Positions 1-8,558 of a stretch of DNA of 64,000 bases are shown one piece after another. The DNA is taken from positions 4,460 through 68,459 of IMG/VR virus record IMGVR_UViG_3300021431_000080; one strand, written 5' to 3'. Source of the stretch: a virus. Taxonomy: Duplodnaviria > Heunggongvirae > Uroviricota > Caudoviricetes. Numbering within the stretch: the stretch's first letter is position 1; every line of letters starts with the position of its first letter. The translations under genes were made by a program, and so were the position numbers. Under the pieces are notes generated by a model that was given only the letters and a program-made list of their open reading frames with translations, ran no database searches and was not told the origin of the DNA.

Positions 1-272
1 TCTGAACATGATATGATTATGGACTTGATGTTCTTCAACGCAAGTATGACATCGTTTATCCTAATCATCGGATAAACGAGACCGAGTTCTCCCATCTTTG
101 TGTCACCTCCCTGTGTGTCGAAATGCTCAGGTCCGGCATCAATCGACATCTCATCGAACCTTATTGTTTTCTCGACATCTGGATCCTGCACAAGTCTGAC
201 GAGGCTTGAGGAAACTTCATTGTCTTGTTCTACAAATGAAGCGGGTCTGTCTGTTGGATTGTTGAAAACCAT
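1..272 (-). CDS. Virion/baseplate hub-like protein, N-terminal part (runs off window start)
   Basis: Not in the ORF track. ATG at 272-270 abuts the TAA of the upstream gene. Open to the window edge: MVFNNPTDRPASFVEQDNEVSSSLVRLVQDPDVEKTIRFDEMSIDAG...YPMIRINDVILALKNIKSII. Lies in the structural operon. Confidence 0.7.
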   Translation of the reverse strand, partial: MVFNNPTDRPASFVEQDNEVSSSLVRLVQDPDVEKTIRFDEMSIDAGPEHFDTQGGDTKMGELGLVYPMIRINDVILALKNIKSIIISCS

Positions 273-881
273 TTATGAGTTTCTCAGTGTTGCGTTTAGG
301 AATTCTCCGAGCGAGGTTCCGTTTGTTGCACAGTCGACGATTGAGGAATCCACACTTTCGAGGCTTTCGTCTATTGCACCGAAATATATTTTGCCGTTTT
401 TCATGGTAAGTCCAGATCCACCCTTCTTTGATATATTGGCTTCTGATGGTGATTCGCCGTTTTTTGGTGAGGAAACTGGCACATGTACGCTGTCTGAACC
501 TGCTTTGTCTGGAACCTTGCTCTTGTCTATGTATTTGTGATAATTCTTGACTGCATCGAATGCTCCTGTTGTATCGGAACTTGTTTCTTTGACTGGGTTG
601 TATATGTTATCTATAGATGCTGAGTATATAAGATCCCCACACTCGATTGAAAACGGGTTGTTTATCAATGAGTATTTTAGTATCATCTCGGTATAGTCTG
701 TCGTTCCGTAGAGTGATTTTGAAACCAAGTCGGGTCTCATTTCCAACTCCTTGCTGACCTTGTATAGACTGCATATCTGAGTCATTGCTATATTGCTATC
801 GAATATGCTCTCTGCAAGATCCACGACTTCTATATCGTCGTACATATATGTTTCTTTATGATCGAGTGTCCTTGAAAACAT
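273..881 (-). CDS. Baseplate wedge subunit, T4 gp53-like (LysM-like)
   Basis: Motif MRPDLVSKSLYG..DY..MILKYSLINNPFSI..GD typical of gp53/tail-X proteins. Confidence 0.65.
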   Translation of the reverse strand: MFSRTLDHKETYMYDDIEVVDLAESIFDSNIAMTQICSLYKVSKELEMRPDLVSKSLYGTTDYTEMILKYSLINNPFSIECGDLIYSASIDNIYNPVKETSSDTTGAFDAVKNYHKYIDKSKVPDKAGSDSVHVPVSSPKNGESPSEANISKKGGSGLTMKNGKIYFGAIDESLESVDSSIVDCATNGTSLGEFLNATLRNS

Positions 882-898
882 TTTCTTGAAAGATTAGA

Positions 899-1633
899 TT
901 ACGGGAACATGAGGAACCAGTCTGGTTGGTTTCTCTTGTCTATTGTTTCTTTTATTTCATCTCTTTCCGCTTTTCCCTGTTCTTCATACATTGAAGTTAT
1001 ATTGACTCCGCCTACAAGATTGTATTCATATGTTTTCAGTACTCTGTGTACCTGTCTCTTGCATGTGGCGATAATCCATCTCTGGAAATAATAGTCATCA
1101 TATAAAGCTGAATCCTCTATCTGCATATAAACCTGTATAAGCACAGGATTAAGAGGATCGTGACCTATCACCTTCAATCGTTTCGTGTTTAGGTTGAAAT
1201 CGAAGTTAACATCATAAAGAGTGAAACTTCTAGCCAAATCGAAGAAACTGTAGCTTGTTATTCTCGATGTTATAATATCGCTCATGAATGGACCAGCTAT
1301 ATAGAGGTCTGAGTTCATAACCCTGTCGAAGTTTAGGTCTGGATCGTTTATACCGAAAAGTCTAGCTGAGTCTTTTATTTCCCTGAACTCCCTTATACCC
1401 CATACACAGTCTGGAAGCTGTATGGTTCTTGATGATCTGAATTCAGCTGACCTGAAAGATTCGACAGGGATTATGCCGTATTTCAACTCAACGGTGTCCC
1501 TCCACTCCCTGAATACATATTTCTTTTCCGCATCTATGATACGGTTTATTTCTTTCTTGTTTACCTGGATTTTCAGATCTCCAGATATTGTGAGATCGTC
1601 TACAACAAAGTTTACAAGTTCGTCTTTTGTCAT
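899..1633 (-). CDS. Neck/head-tail adaptor protein, T4 gp13-like
   Basis: 244 aa; IQLPDCVWGI, YDDYYFQRW, C-terminal GGVNIT...EQGKAERDEI resemble gp13 neck proteins; structural operon. Confidence 0.55.
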   Translation of the reverse strand: MTKDELVNFVVDDLTISGDLKIQVNKKEINRIIDAEKKYVFREWRDTVELKYGIIPVESFRSAEFRSSRTIQLPDCVWGIREFREIKDSARLFGINDPDLNFDRVMNSDLYIAGPFMSDIITSRITSYSFFDLARSFTLYDVNFDFNLNTKRLKVIGHDPLNPVLIQVYMQIEDSALYDDYYFQRWIIATCKRQVHRVLKTYEYNLVGGVNITSMYEEQGKAERDEIKETIDKRNQPDWFLMFP

Positions 1634-1651
1634 TTTTCTTGTATTTTGTTT

Positions 1652-3865
1652 TTACATGGTGTAACCCATCATCCATGGGTTCACATAGTAGTTTGGTATC
1701 GTCTGGCTGACGTTTGTTGCCGATGTAGGTTGCAAAGATTTCAGGTTTTGTGTGTTGCCTTCGTATTTTGAACCTTTGTTCTTGAGGTCTGAGTGTTGTG
1801 TTTTTGCTATGAATGCAGTTCCTCCGCCATAGTATGTGTTTCTAGTTTCTTCGTATAATTGTCTTCCTTCCTGTGTGTTTGGTGTGTTTCCTGTATTCTC
1901 GTCAACTCTTGTCTCACTGTCTGCTGATGAGCGGAATTTATCAGAAAGCGTGTAGATTCTTCCGTAACCACGGTTGAACATCGACTCTATTGCATCCCTG
2001 TCCCTTCCGAGACCATGATCGAGTTTCACAACAGCCTTGAAACCTATTGGGAAATCGTCTGGTCCGAGTTCGTCTTCAAATGTGACAGTTAGATCTTTTA
2101 CGACAAGGTTTCCTATCATTGCTATCGGGTTGAACGGGTTTCCTATGGTAAGATGCCAGTCTCCGACAGGTTCGCCAGTGAGAAGTGCCCTCTGGTTTTG
2201 TATAAATGGAACGGTTGTTCCCTTCAGAGCCTTTGCTGCAATAACCTTCTGTATAGCGGACATTGTCCTTGTTTCAAATGCTGCGTTGAATTTAGCCTTT
2301 GCTTGTGCTCTTTGTTCTTCCTTGTTTGTAGATGAATCCCCACCCGAACTTCTTGAGAAGAAGCTTTTTATTCCGTCTACAGCACCAGAGAATATGTTCG
2401 ATATCATACTAAGTGCATCAGGTAATACTGTTGATAATGAATTTCCGCCGTCAGCGAATACGTTCTTTGTAAGAGAGTCGATAGCGCCTTCTTTTCCGAA
2501 TATCTTTCCTTTATACAGTTTGTTCATTGTATCTCCGTATTTGAATGGGTAGACTGCTGGACTTTCTGATCTGAATCTCCACATTCCGCCGAACCAAGTT
2601 CCAGAAGAATAGCAAAGAACGAGCATGTTTGCAAGAAGGTCAAGAATAACAGCCTTGTTGTTTATTCCTGCTATGGGTCTCGCGACATATTCGAACGTTA
2701 TGTTCAGTCCGTCTTGTGTGAACTCAAGTCCCCTGTCCCTTCTCAGTGTCTTTGTTATGACATTGATTGGACCGAGTATCCTGTTCTCATATGGACCGTC
2801 TTTGTAAGGATCGGGTGGCATGGTGGCTGCACCTTCGAGGTTGATTGTCTTTCCGTTAGATATTTCCCCGAGGAATCCCATTGTTTTTGCAATGACACCG
2901 AGACCGGATGAGACGGCTCCGAGGATTCCACCTCCGTTTCCGTTTACAAGGTTGCTTCCTTCATCGTTTTGTGCTGCAGATATGGAAATTGGATCTTTTC
3001 CGTCGCCTGTTGAAAGTTCAGCCCATTTATATCCTGCGCTAAAGGATAGTATGTCTGACAGTTTGTTTCCTGTGTCTTCTCCGAAATATGTCACGGCTGT
3101 GGCAAGAGGAACGAACGGTGAAAGCGAATTCGATCCTTTAAACTTCTCGCCAGCTGCGTTTGTGAACGAACCGTCATTGTCGGAAGCGTTCTTTTCAACA
3201 TCATAGTCAGAAAACTCTATATTGTCGGTAACAGGCATAGCATATCTCCTGAGAGTTATCATCCTGTTATTCTCTATCTTGTTCCACCATTTGCAAAAAA
3301 CGAAGTCTTGGAAAGAGTATGGAGTCTTTCCTCTGTCTGATTCCTGTCCGAACCTTATGATTGATGTCGTGGTAGGAGTTTTTGAGTAGTTTCCACTGAA
3401 TGAATCGTCTCCGTCTATTTCATAGTATTTTCTTGCATTGTACCTGTCGTATGTAAGACCTTTTTTGACAGTTTCAGGATTTCCGTATGCGCCAGCAAGT
3501 TTCACCAATGCGTATGGATGTATGAACGATCTTGCAGAAAGAAACTCTTTCTGGTGTTTGTTGATGAAACTCTCGATTCCTTCTTTTCTCTTTTGCAGAG
3601 CATCCTTGTCATCCTGACTTGCACCAGGAGACGCTTCGATGGCATTCTGTATGGAGCTAGGAGTCTCGTAGTAATCCATAGCATATGAACCATAGTCGTA
3701 ATGAGGATAGAAAGTATTTACCATGGCCTGTTGGTTCGCTTGCTCGTATATGGCAAGTGTTCGATACAGTCGAGTATCGAAGAAAGCCATTTTTTCCTTG
3801 AGGAAATCTTCGCTTCTTTCTACAGTTTCGTATGCAGAATCCAGTATTACGTTTTCGTCTGCCAT
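1652..3865 (-). CDS. Virion structural protein (tail/baseplate, possibly tail-tube initiator-like)
   Basis: 737 aa ORF between neck genes; C-terminal beta-rich IGNPFNPIAMIGNLVV...DDFP...VKL segment resembles tail-tube-fold proteins. Confidence 0.45.
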   Translation of the reverse strand: MADENVILDSAYETVERSEDFLKEKMAFFDTRLYRTLAIYEQANQQAMVNTFYPHYDYGSYAMDYYETPSSIQNAIEASPGASQDDKDALQKRKEGIESFINKHQKEFLSARSFIHPYALVKLAGAYGNPETVKKGLTYDRYNARKYYEIDGDDSFSGNYSKTPTTTSIIRFGQESDRGKTPYSFQDFVFCKWWNKIENNRMITLRRYAMPVTDNIEFSDYDVEKNASDNDGSFTNAAGEKFKGSNSLSPFVPLATAVTYFGEDTGNKLSDILSFSAGYKWAELSTGDGKDPISISAAQNDEGSNLVNGNGGGILGAVSSGLGVIAKTMGFLGEISNGKTINLEGAATMPPDPYKDGPYENRILGPINVITKTLRRDRGLEFTQDGLNITFEYVARPIAGINNKAVILDLLANMLVLCYSSGTWFGGMWRFRSESPAVYPFKYGDTMNKLYKGKIFGKEGAIDSLTKNVFADGGNSLSTVLPDALSMISNIFSGAVDGIKSFFSRSSGGDSSTNKEEQRAQAKAKFNAAFETRTMSAIQKVIAAKALKGTTVPFIQNQRALLTGEPVGDWHLTIGNPFNPIAMIGNLVVKDLTVTFEDELGPDDFPIGFKAVVKLDHGLGRDRDAIESMFNRGYGRIYTLSDKFRSSADSETRVDENTGNTPNTQEGRQLYEETRNTYYGGGTAFIAKTQHSDLKNKGSKYEGNTQNLKSLQPTSATNVSQTIPNYYVNPWMMGYTM

Positions 3866-5394
3866 TAGTGTTGTCTTCCTACATATTCTTTGTTGAGATA
3901 GATATCCGCGCTGTCGTTCACGATAGCGTAGCTGTCGTTCTTTGCATTGTATGACAGCAGGTCTTCAATCTGCTTATCTATCTCCTTGTTGTATACTGTG
4001 TAAAGCCTGATGTTTGTCAAATCTGCGTTTCCTGCAGTCAACATGAGTTTTCCTGTCTTGACTTCACTGTACACGTTGTTGTCTATTTCCTCTATATGTT
4101 CTATTCTCTTGAAGTTTCCTTCTGTCGAGTACACGTCAACTGAGAATTTCTCTCCGTAGTTCACAACTAACCCATACCATCTCATCTCGGTCATCTGTGA
4201 CGAGAACTGGATATTGCACTCGTTGTCACCGTCTTTGATGCACAGTACACATCCTCCCTTTACTGAGATTGAGAATGTTGAACCAGATATTATATTCACA
4301 GCGTCTCCTTTGTACATCGCAAATCCCGGCATTGTGTACCAGTTCGGGTTCATTTTCGCGAGTTTCTTCGCAACCGTGCTGTCTATCTGTATTCTGTTCT
4401 CGCCGACTATCTTTCCCGATATCGTGATGACTCCCCTCTTTATAAGGACATCGTCACCTTCCTTGAAATTCTTGCCGGTTGTTGTTATCAGGTAGTATTT
4501 TCCGTTAATTGTTTCGAGTGATATGTTCTTCAGGTTCTTTACGACATCTCCGCTGTTTTCATGCAGCCTTAGCCAGAACGATAGGCATCTGTTGTCCTCC
4601 TTCGTAAAGTTGTCCTCCCTGTTGTATTCTACAACGACACGTGAAGTCTGATCTAGGTTGTAGTAGCTTCTTGCGACAGTATGTCCGTCGACTATAATGT
4701 CCTCGTCTATTATGGATGTGAACTTGAGCATCACACCCTCTTCCCTCTGTGGATTTACTTTCTTCTGTTCGTCCTGTGAATCCGAAGTGTGAATTGAAAG
4801 TTGATCTGGATCGACAATGTCCTTGAGTGTCCTTTCGATGTCCTCGCCGAACCTCTCGTCGAGATTCGTAGTGGAGTTTGTAATTGATTCCTTGAGATTC
4901 TCTCCGACAATCCTGCTTCTAGTGGGCTTGTAGATTCCGAGATTGACTTTGTATGAAGTGAGCTGACCTCCGAGTTGTTTGACCGGTGTCATCGAGACGA
5001 CTTCCATTAGTTTCCTTGTCATGGGTATGAACACAATGTCGTGTTCCTGTGGGATTGTTCCGTCGTTTCCTGTCACGGTTTCCCATGTCTTCAACGCGAT
5101 GTCCATTGTCATAGGAATTGCGAAGTTGAGTCCCATGATGTTGTATGTTATTGCTCCGTCGTCGTATCCGGTGTCGGAATACATAGCCTTGAAGGTCAAA
5201 GGACAGTCCTCCACGCCGTACAAAGTGTACGACTGGAAAATCACGTCCTGGTTCCTTTTGTCTGGTGTGGCTCTGAACCACATCACCTCGACACCAGCCG
5301 TCTCAGCGGCGTTGGCGTTCATCGAAGCCAGAACCGTGTTCGCAAACTGCGCAGCAGCTTCCTGAATAGATGATGGTAAATCGTAGCCTGCCAA
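3865..5394 (-). CDS. Neck/head-closure protein (gp14-like N-terminus) with C-terminal beta-sandwich domain
   Basis: Track ORF 3865..5433. Likely start is TTG at 5394 because an ATAAATA late-promoter motif lies at 5415-5421. TAATG overlap with the next gene. N-term EVMWFR...DVIFQSY...GL resembles gp14. Confidence 0.5.
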   Translation of the reverse strand: MAGYDLPSSIQEAAAQFANTVLASMNANAAETAGVEVMWFRATPDKRNQDVIFQSYTLYGVEDCPLTFKAMYSDTGYDDGAITYNIMGLNFAIPMTMDIALKTWETVTGNDGTIPQEHDIVFIPMTRKLMEVVSMTPVKQLGGQLTSYKVNLGIYKPTRSRIVGENLKESITNSTTNLDERFGEDIERTLKDIVDPDQLSIHTSDSQDEQKKVNPQREEGVMLKFTSIIDEDIIVDGHTVARSYYNLDQTSRVVVEYNREDNFTKEDNRCLSFWLRLHENSGDVVKNLKNISLETINGKYYLITTTGKNFKEGDDVLIKRGVITISGKIVGENRIQIDSTVAKKLAKMNPNWYTMPGFAMYKGDAVNIISGSTFSISVKGGCVLCIKDGDNECNIQFSSQMTEMRWYGLVVNYGEKFSVDVYSTEGNFKRIEHIEEIDNNVYSEVKTGKLMLTAGNADLTNIRLYTVYNKEIDKQIEDLLSYNAKNDSYAIVNDSADIYLNKEYVGRQH

Positions 5395-5405
5395 AATGAT
5401 ATAGT

Positions 5406-5421
5406 TGTTTTCTGTATTTAT
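5406..5421 (-). promoter_or_regulatory. Class III late-promoter motif before the neck/baseplate operon
   Basis: ATAAATACAGAAAACA, an identical 16-mer to the one before portal. Confidence 0.65.
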
Positions 5422-5432
5422 TTGAGCCCGCA

Positions 5433-5470
5433 AAAAATCGTTTTTTAATATTTGATATATAATTTATAGA
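5433..5470 (+). promoter_or_regulatory. Class II bipartite promoter before uvsW
   Basis: AAAAATCGTTTT-N13-TATAATTTATAGA. Confidence 0.75.
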
Positions 5471-5506
5471 GGTTTGTAATGTGAACCGAACGTTTTTACG
5501 ACGCAG

Positions 5507-7066
5507 ATGCTGACAGCGAGATTGATAGAAGACAACAGGTTTCTCATCGTGGAGGGAAATCCCGATGAGCTTGCCCATGTTAGGATGGAGTTCACGAAGA
5601 AGATCAACAACTGGTATATAATCAAGAGTAAGAACAAGGATGCCAATGTTGACGAGTCTTTCATGAACAACGTCGGCATGATCCCTGTCGGTCTGTGGGT
5701 GGAACTTATCAACGCCTGCAAGAAGTTCAACTATGTGCTTACTTTCTACAGCGACTTTGAAGATAGGACAAGGGATATGTCCGTCACATACGACGGTTTC
5801 AAGGAATATGTCGACAACCTCTTCAGTAAGTCTGGAATGACTCTCAGGGAGTACCAGATTCAGGGTGCCTTCAACATGCTTTCCTACAAGAATTGCTGTG
5901 TTGAGATTTCAACTTCTGGTGGTAAGACCGTCATCTCTTATGTCCTGTTCAGGTATATGATTGATGTTCTGAAACTTAAGCATATTTTGTTTGTTACTCC
6001 AAAGACAAACCTCACTACACAGTCCGCTGACAAGTTCATACTCTATGACAAGGACAACCAAATAGAGTCCAACTGGACGCATTCTGAGATACATGCCGAC
6101 GCAAAGAAGAAGAAAGTCTACGATGACAACATTGTTTTCGGAAACTACCAGTCTTTGAGATCCAAGAAGCCTGAGTTTTTCGACCAGTTTGACGCTGTGA
6201 TTCTCGACGAGGCTCATCACGGTCAGAACAGATCCTGCAGGACTATTGTAAAGAAATGCAGAAACGTCAAGTACAAAATCGGCATGACAGGAACTTTTCC
6301 TGATGATGGTTCCTATGACAGTTTCGTCTTGCAGTCATATTTCGGTCCTGTTGTGTTCAGGTTTACTTCATACGAGCTTATCAACGTCGAGAAATTCGCC
6401 ACTCCCGTTCATGTGACGATGGTTGGTCTGAAATATCTCGACGAGGAGAAGAACAAGGCTCTGTTTGACCTCAGGAATGTCAGCAAGAAGGATGATCCGA
6501 CAATAGGCAACAAGATTCTCAACGAGGAGAAAGTTCAGGTCAGGAAAGATCCGAAGAGGTTCAGCTTCATTGTGAATATGATAAGCAAAGTAACGAAGAA
6601 TACACTGGTGCTCTTCTCGGATATCCAAAACGAGTATGGAAGGAATGTGTACACTTCTTTGAAGGAGAATACAACGAAGGATGTGTTCTATATCGACGGT
6701 AACATCGCCACATCGACGAGGCAGAAGATGATTGACTCGATGGAGAACGATCTTAGCGGAAACACAATCATTGTAGCTTCTATACAGTGTTTCTCCGAAG
6801 GTATCGACATAGCTAATATGTGGAACATATTCCTGATAGAGACCACTAAGTCTGAGAACACCATAGCCCAGATCCTTGGTCGAGGTATGAGGCGTTTCGA
6901 GGGAAAGGAGAAGACGATGATGATCGATTTCATCGACGACTTCAGGTATGGTGGCGGTTTCTTCTCTGAGAACTATCTGTGGAAGCACGGTATGGACAGG
7001 ATGTCAATCTACCAGAAGAGGGGGTTCCCCTGTAATCTAATTTCTGTTGACTTGAACGAGAAATAA
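5507..7066 (+). CDS. uvsW: SF2 DNA helicase, UvsW-like
   Basis: LREYQ Q-motif, Walker A STSGGKT, DEAHH, GMTGT, QILGRGMR; N-terminal domain like T4 UvsW. Confidence 0.85.
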   Translation: MLTARLIEDNRFLIVEGNPDELAHVRMEFTKKINNWYIIKSKNKDANVDESFMNNVGMIPVGLWVELINACKKFNYVLTFYSDFEDRTRDMSVTYDGFKEYVDNLFSKSGMTLREYQIQGAFNMLSYKNCCVEISTSGGKTVISYVLFRYMIDVLKLKHILFVTPKTNLTTQSADKFILYDKDNQIESNWTHSEIHADAKKKKVYDDNIVFGNYQSLRSKKPEFFDQFDAVILDEAHHGQNRSCRTIVKKCRNVKYKIGMTGTFPDDGSYDSFVLQSYFGPVVFRFTSYELINVEKFATPVHVTMVGLKYLDEEKNKALFDLRNVSKKDDPTIGNKILNEEKVQVRKDPKRFSFIVNMISKVTKNTLVLFSDIQNEYGRNVYTSLKENTTKDVFYIDGNIATSTRQKMIDSMENDLSGNTIIVASIQCFSEGIDIANMWNIFLIETTKSENTIAQILGRGMRRFEGKEKTMMIDFIDDFRYGGGFFSENYLWKHGMDRMSIYQKRGFPCNLISVDLNEK

Positions 7067-7069
7067 ATA
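7063..7069 (+). promoter_or_regulatory. Class III late motif before the ferritin-like gene
   Basis: ATAAATA 22 nt before ATG. Confidence 0.45.
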
Positions 7070-7091
7070 AAGAAATGAATTTTCTTTTTCA

Positions 7092-7616
7092 ATGAACAGA
7101 ATGAACAGAAAAGACAGGGTGATTCTTGAGGAATTGCAGTCGAAATATGGAATGGATGCGCTTGCCACCGCTATAATGAACGTGCAGAACGCTGTGGCTC
7201 CAGAAGCTGTCAGCGACGGTGTCCAGCAGGTTCAGATGTCTCCAGCAGAAATTGTACTTGAGTATATCAAGAGAATCGAGGGTTACAGAATTAGGCTCAG
7301 GGAGATTCACTGGATGTCGGATCACAGATCGACACACGAACTTGCAGACTCGTTGATGTACGACCTCGCTTCATACGAGGACTCCATCGCTGAGGACATG
7401 ATGGGAATAATCGGCTACAGGATAAAAATCGGAACAATAATCCCGAAACTTCCGAAAGCCACCGAGTTGAAGGCTCTCATCAATGAGATTGTGAACGACA
7501 CAATCTGTGTTAAGCAGAATATAGAGGAGTTTCCTGTGTGGACAGGTATATGCAACATTCTAGACGAATGTGTCCATATGCTCAACAAGTCACAGTATCT
7601 TTCTGATTTCAAATAA
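7092..7616 (+). CDS. Ferritin/Dps-like four-helix protein (DUF5856-like) with N-terminal KYG leader
   Basis: EIHW...THELAD...D...YEDSIAEDMMG pattern of Dps/ferritin-like di-iron folds. Confidence 0.6.
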   Translation: MNRMNRKDRVILEELQSKYGMDALATAIMNVQNAVAPEAVSDGVQQVQMSPAEIVLEYIKRIEGYRIRLREIHWMSDHRSTHELADSLMYDLASYEDSIAEDMMGIIGYRIKIGTIIPKLPKATELKALINEIVNDTICVKQNIEEFPVWTGICNILDECVHMLNKSQYLSDFK

Positions 7617-7644
7617 GAGACATTTTCTTTCATTTCTTTTCTTC

Positions 7645-7682
7645 AAAAATCGTTTTCTTGAATTTGCGATATAATTTATAGA
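7645..7682 (+). promoter_or_regulatory. Class II bipartite promoter before the glycosyltransferases
   Basis: AAAAATCGTTTT-N13-TATAATTTATAGA. Confidence 0.75.
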
Positions 7683-7700
7683 AAACGATTTTTTCTTTTA

Positions 7701-8558
7701 ATGGCTGATAGAAAGGATGTCAAAATCGGACTTGGCATCATAGCGTTCGATGACACGTGCCATCTGAAGAGCATTGTGTCGGAGGTAAGGGACTTGTGTG
7801 ACGAGATTGTGATATGCCTGCAGAAGGAGTCTTGGCACGGCGATCCGATAGAACAGGAAGTTGTAGACTATGTCGATAATCTTCTTCAGGAAAAATTCAT
7901 AGACGATGTTATCTGGTTCGAGTCTAAAAACGACTACGACGACAAGGATCCTGCGAAACCGAGGATGATAGAAACTGACAAAAGGAACTTCCTTCTCGAT
8001 TTTATGCAAGAAAAAGGCTGTACTCATGCCCATGTAATTGACAGTGATGAGTTTTATGACCACGATGATTACAAGAACACCATAGATGTCATTTTGCAGA
8101 ATGACATCAAGGTGACGTATTGTCAGTATATAAACTACTACAGGGACTACTGTCATGTTCTGGTGTGGCCGTTCCTGTGCTATGTTCCTTTTATAAGCGA
8201 CATTCACTATAGGTTTGACTTTAAGAATGGAAGTTTCGACAAACCGAGTGATCCGACAAGAAGGTACAAACTGCAGGATGGTGAGCAATATTGTATACTT
8301 TCATTCAAGCTCATAAAGATGCACCACTTGTCTTGGATAAGGAAGAATATCGAGGACAAGATAAAGAACTGGAGTGCGAAGAGATATTTCGAGAACATAG
8401 AGAATCTGAAGGAGAAAGTCATAGATAGGTATAACAACTACAAGGACGGTCAGAATGCGATTATATTGTTCAATACACCAGAGTATAATGTTGCCGTCAA
8501 CAGGTTGAATGATGCCTATATAAAACCTAAATATAGTTTGTTGGAGGATATCGCATGA
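7701..8558 (+). CDS. Glycosyltransferase, GT-A fold (GT2-like)
   Basis: N-term IGLGIIAFD..HL.SIVSEVRDLCDEIVI, DxD motif IDSDEFY, late MHHLSW. Confidence 0.7.
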   Translation: MADRKDVKIGLGIIAFDDTCHLKSIVSEVRDLCDEIVICLQKESWHGDPIEQEVVDYVDNLLQEKFIDDVIWFESKNDYDDKDPAKPRMIETDKRNFLLDFMQEKGCTHAHVIDSDEFYDHDDYKNTIDVILQNDIKVTYCQYINYYRDYCHVLVWPFLCYVPFISDIHYRFDFKNGSFDKPSDPTRRYKLQDGEQYCILSFKLIKMHHLSWIRKNIEDKIKNWSAKRYFENIENLKEKVIDRYNNYKDGQNAIILFNTPEYNVAVNRLNDAYIKPKYSLLEDIA

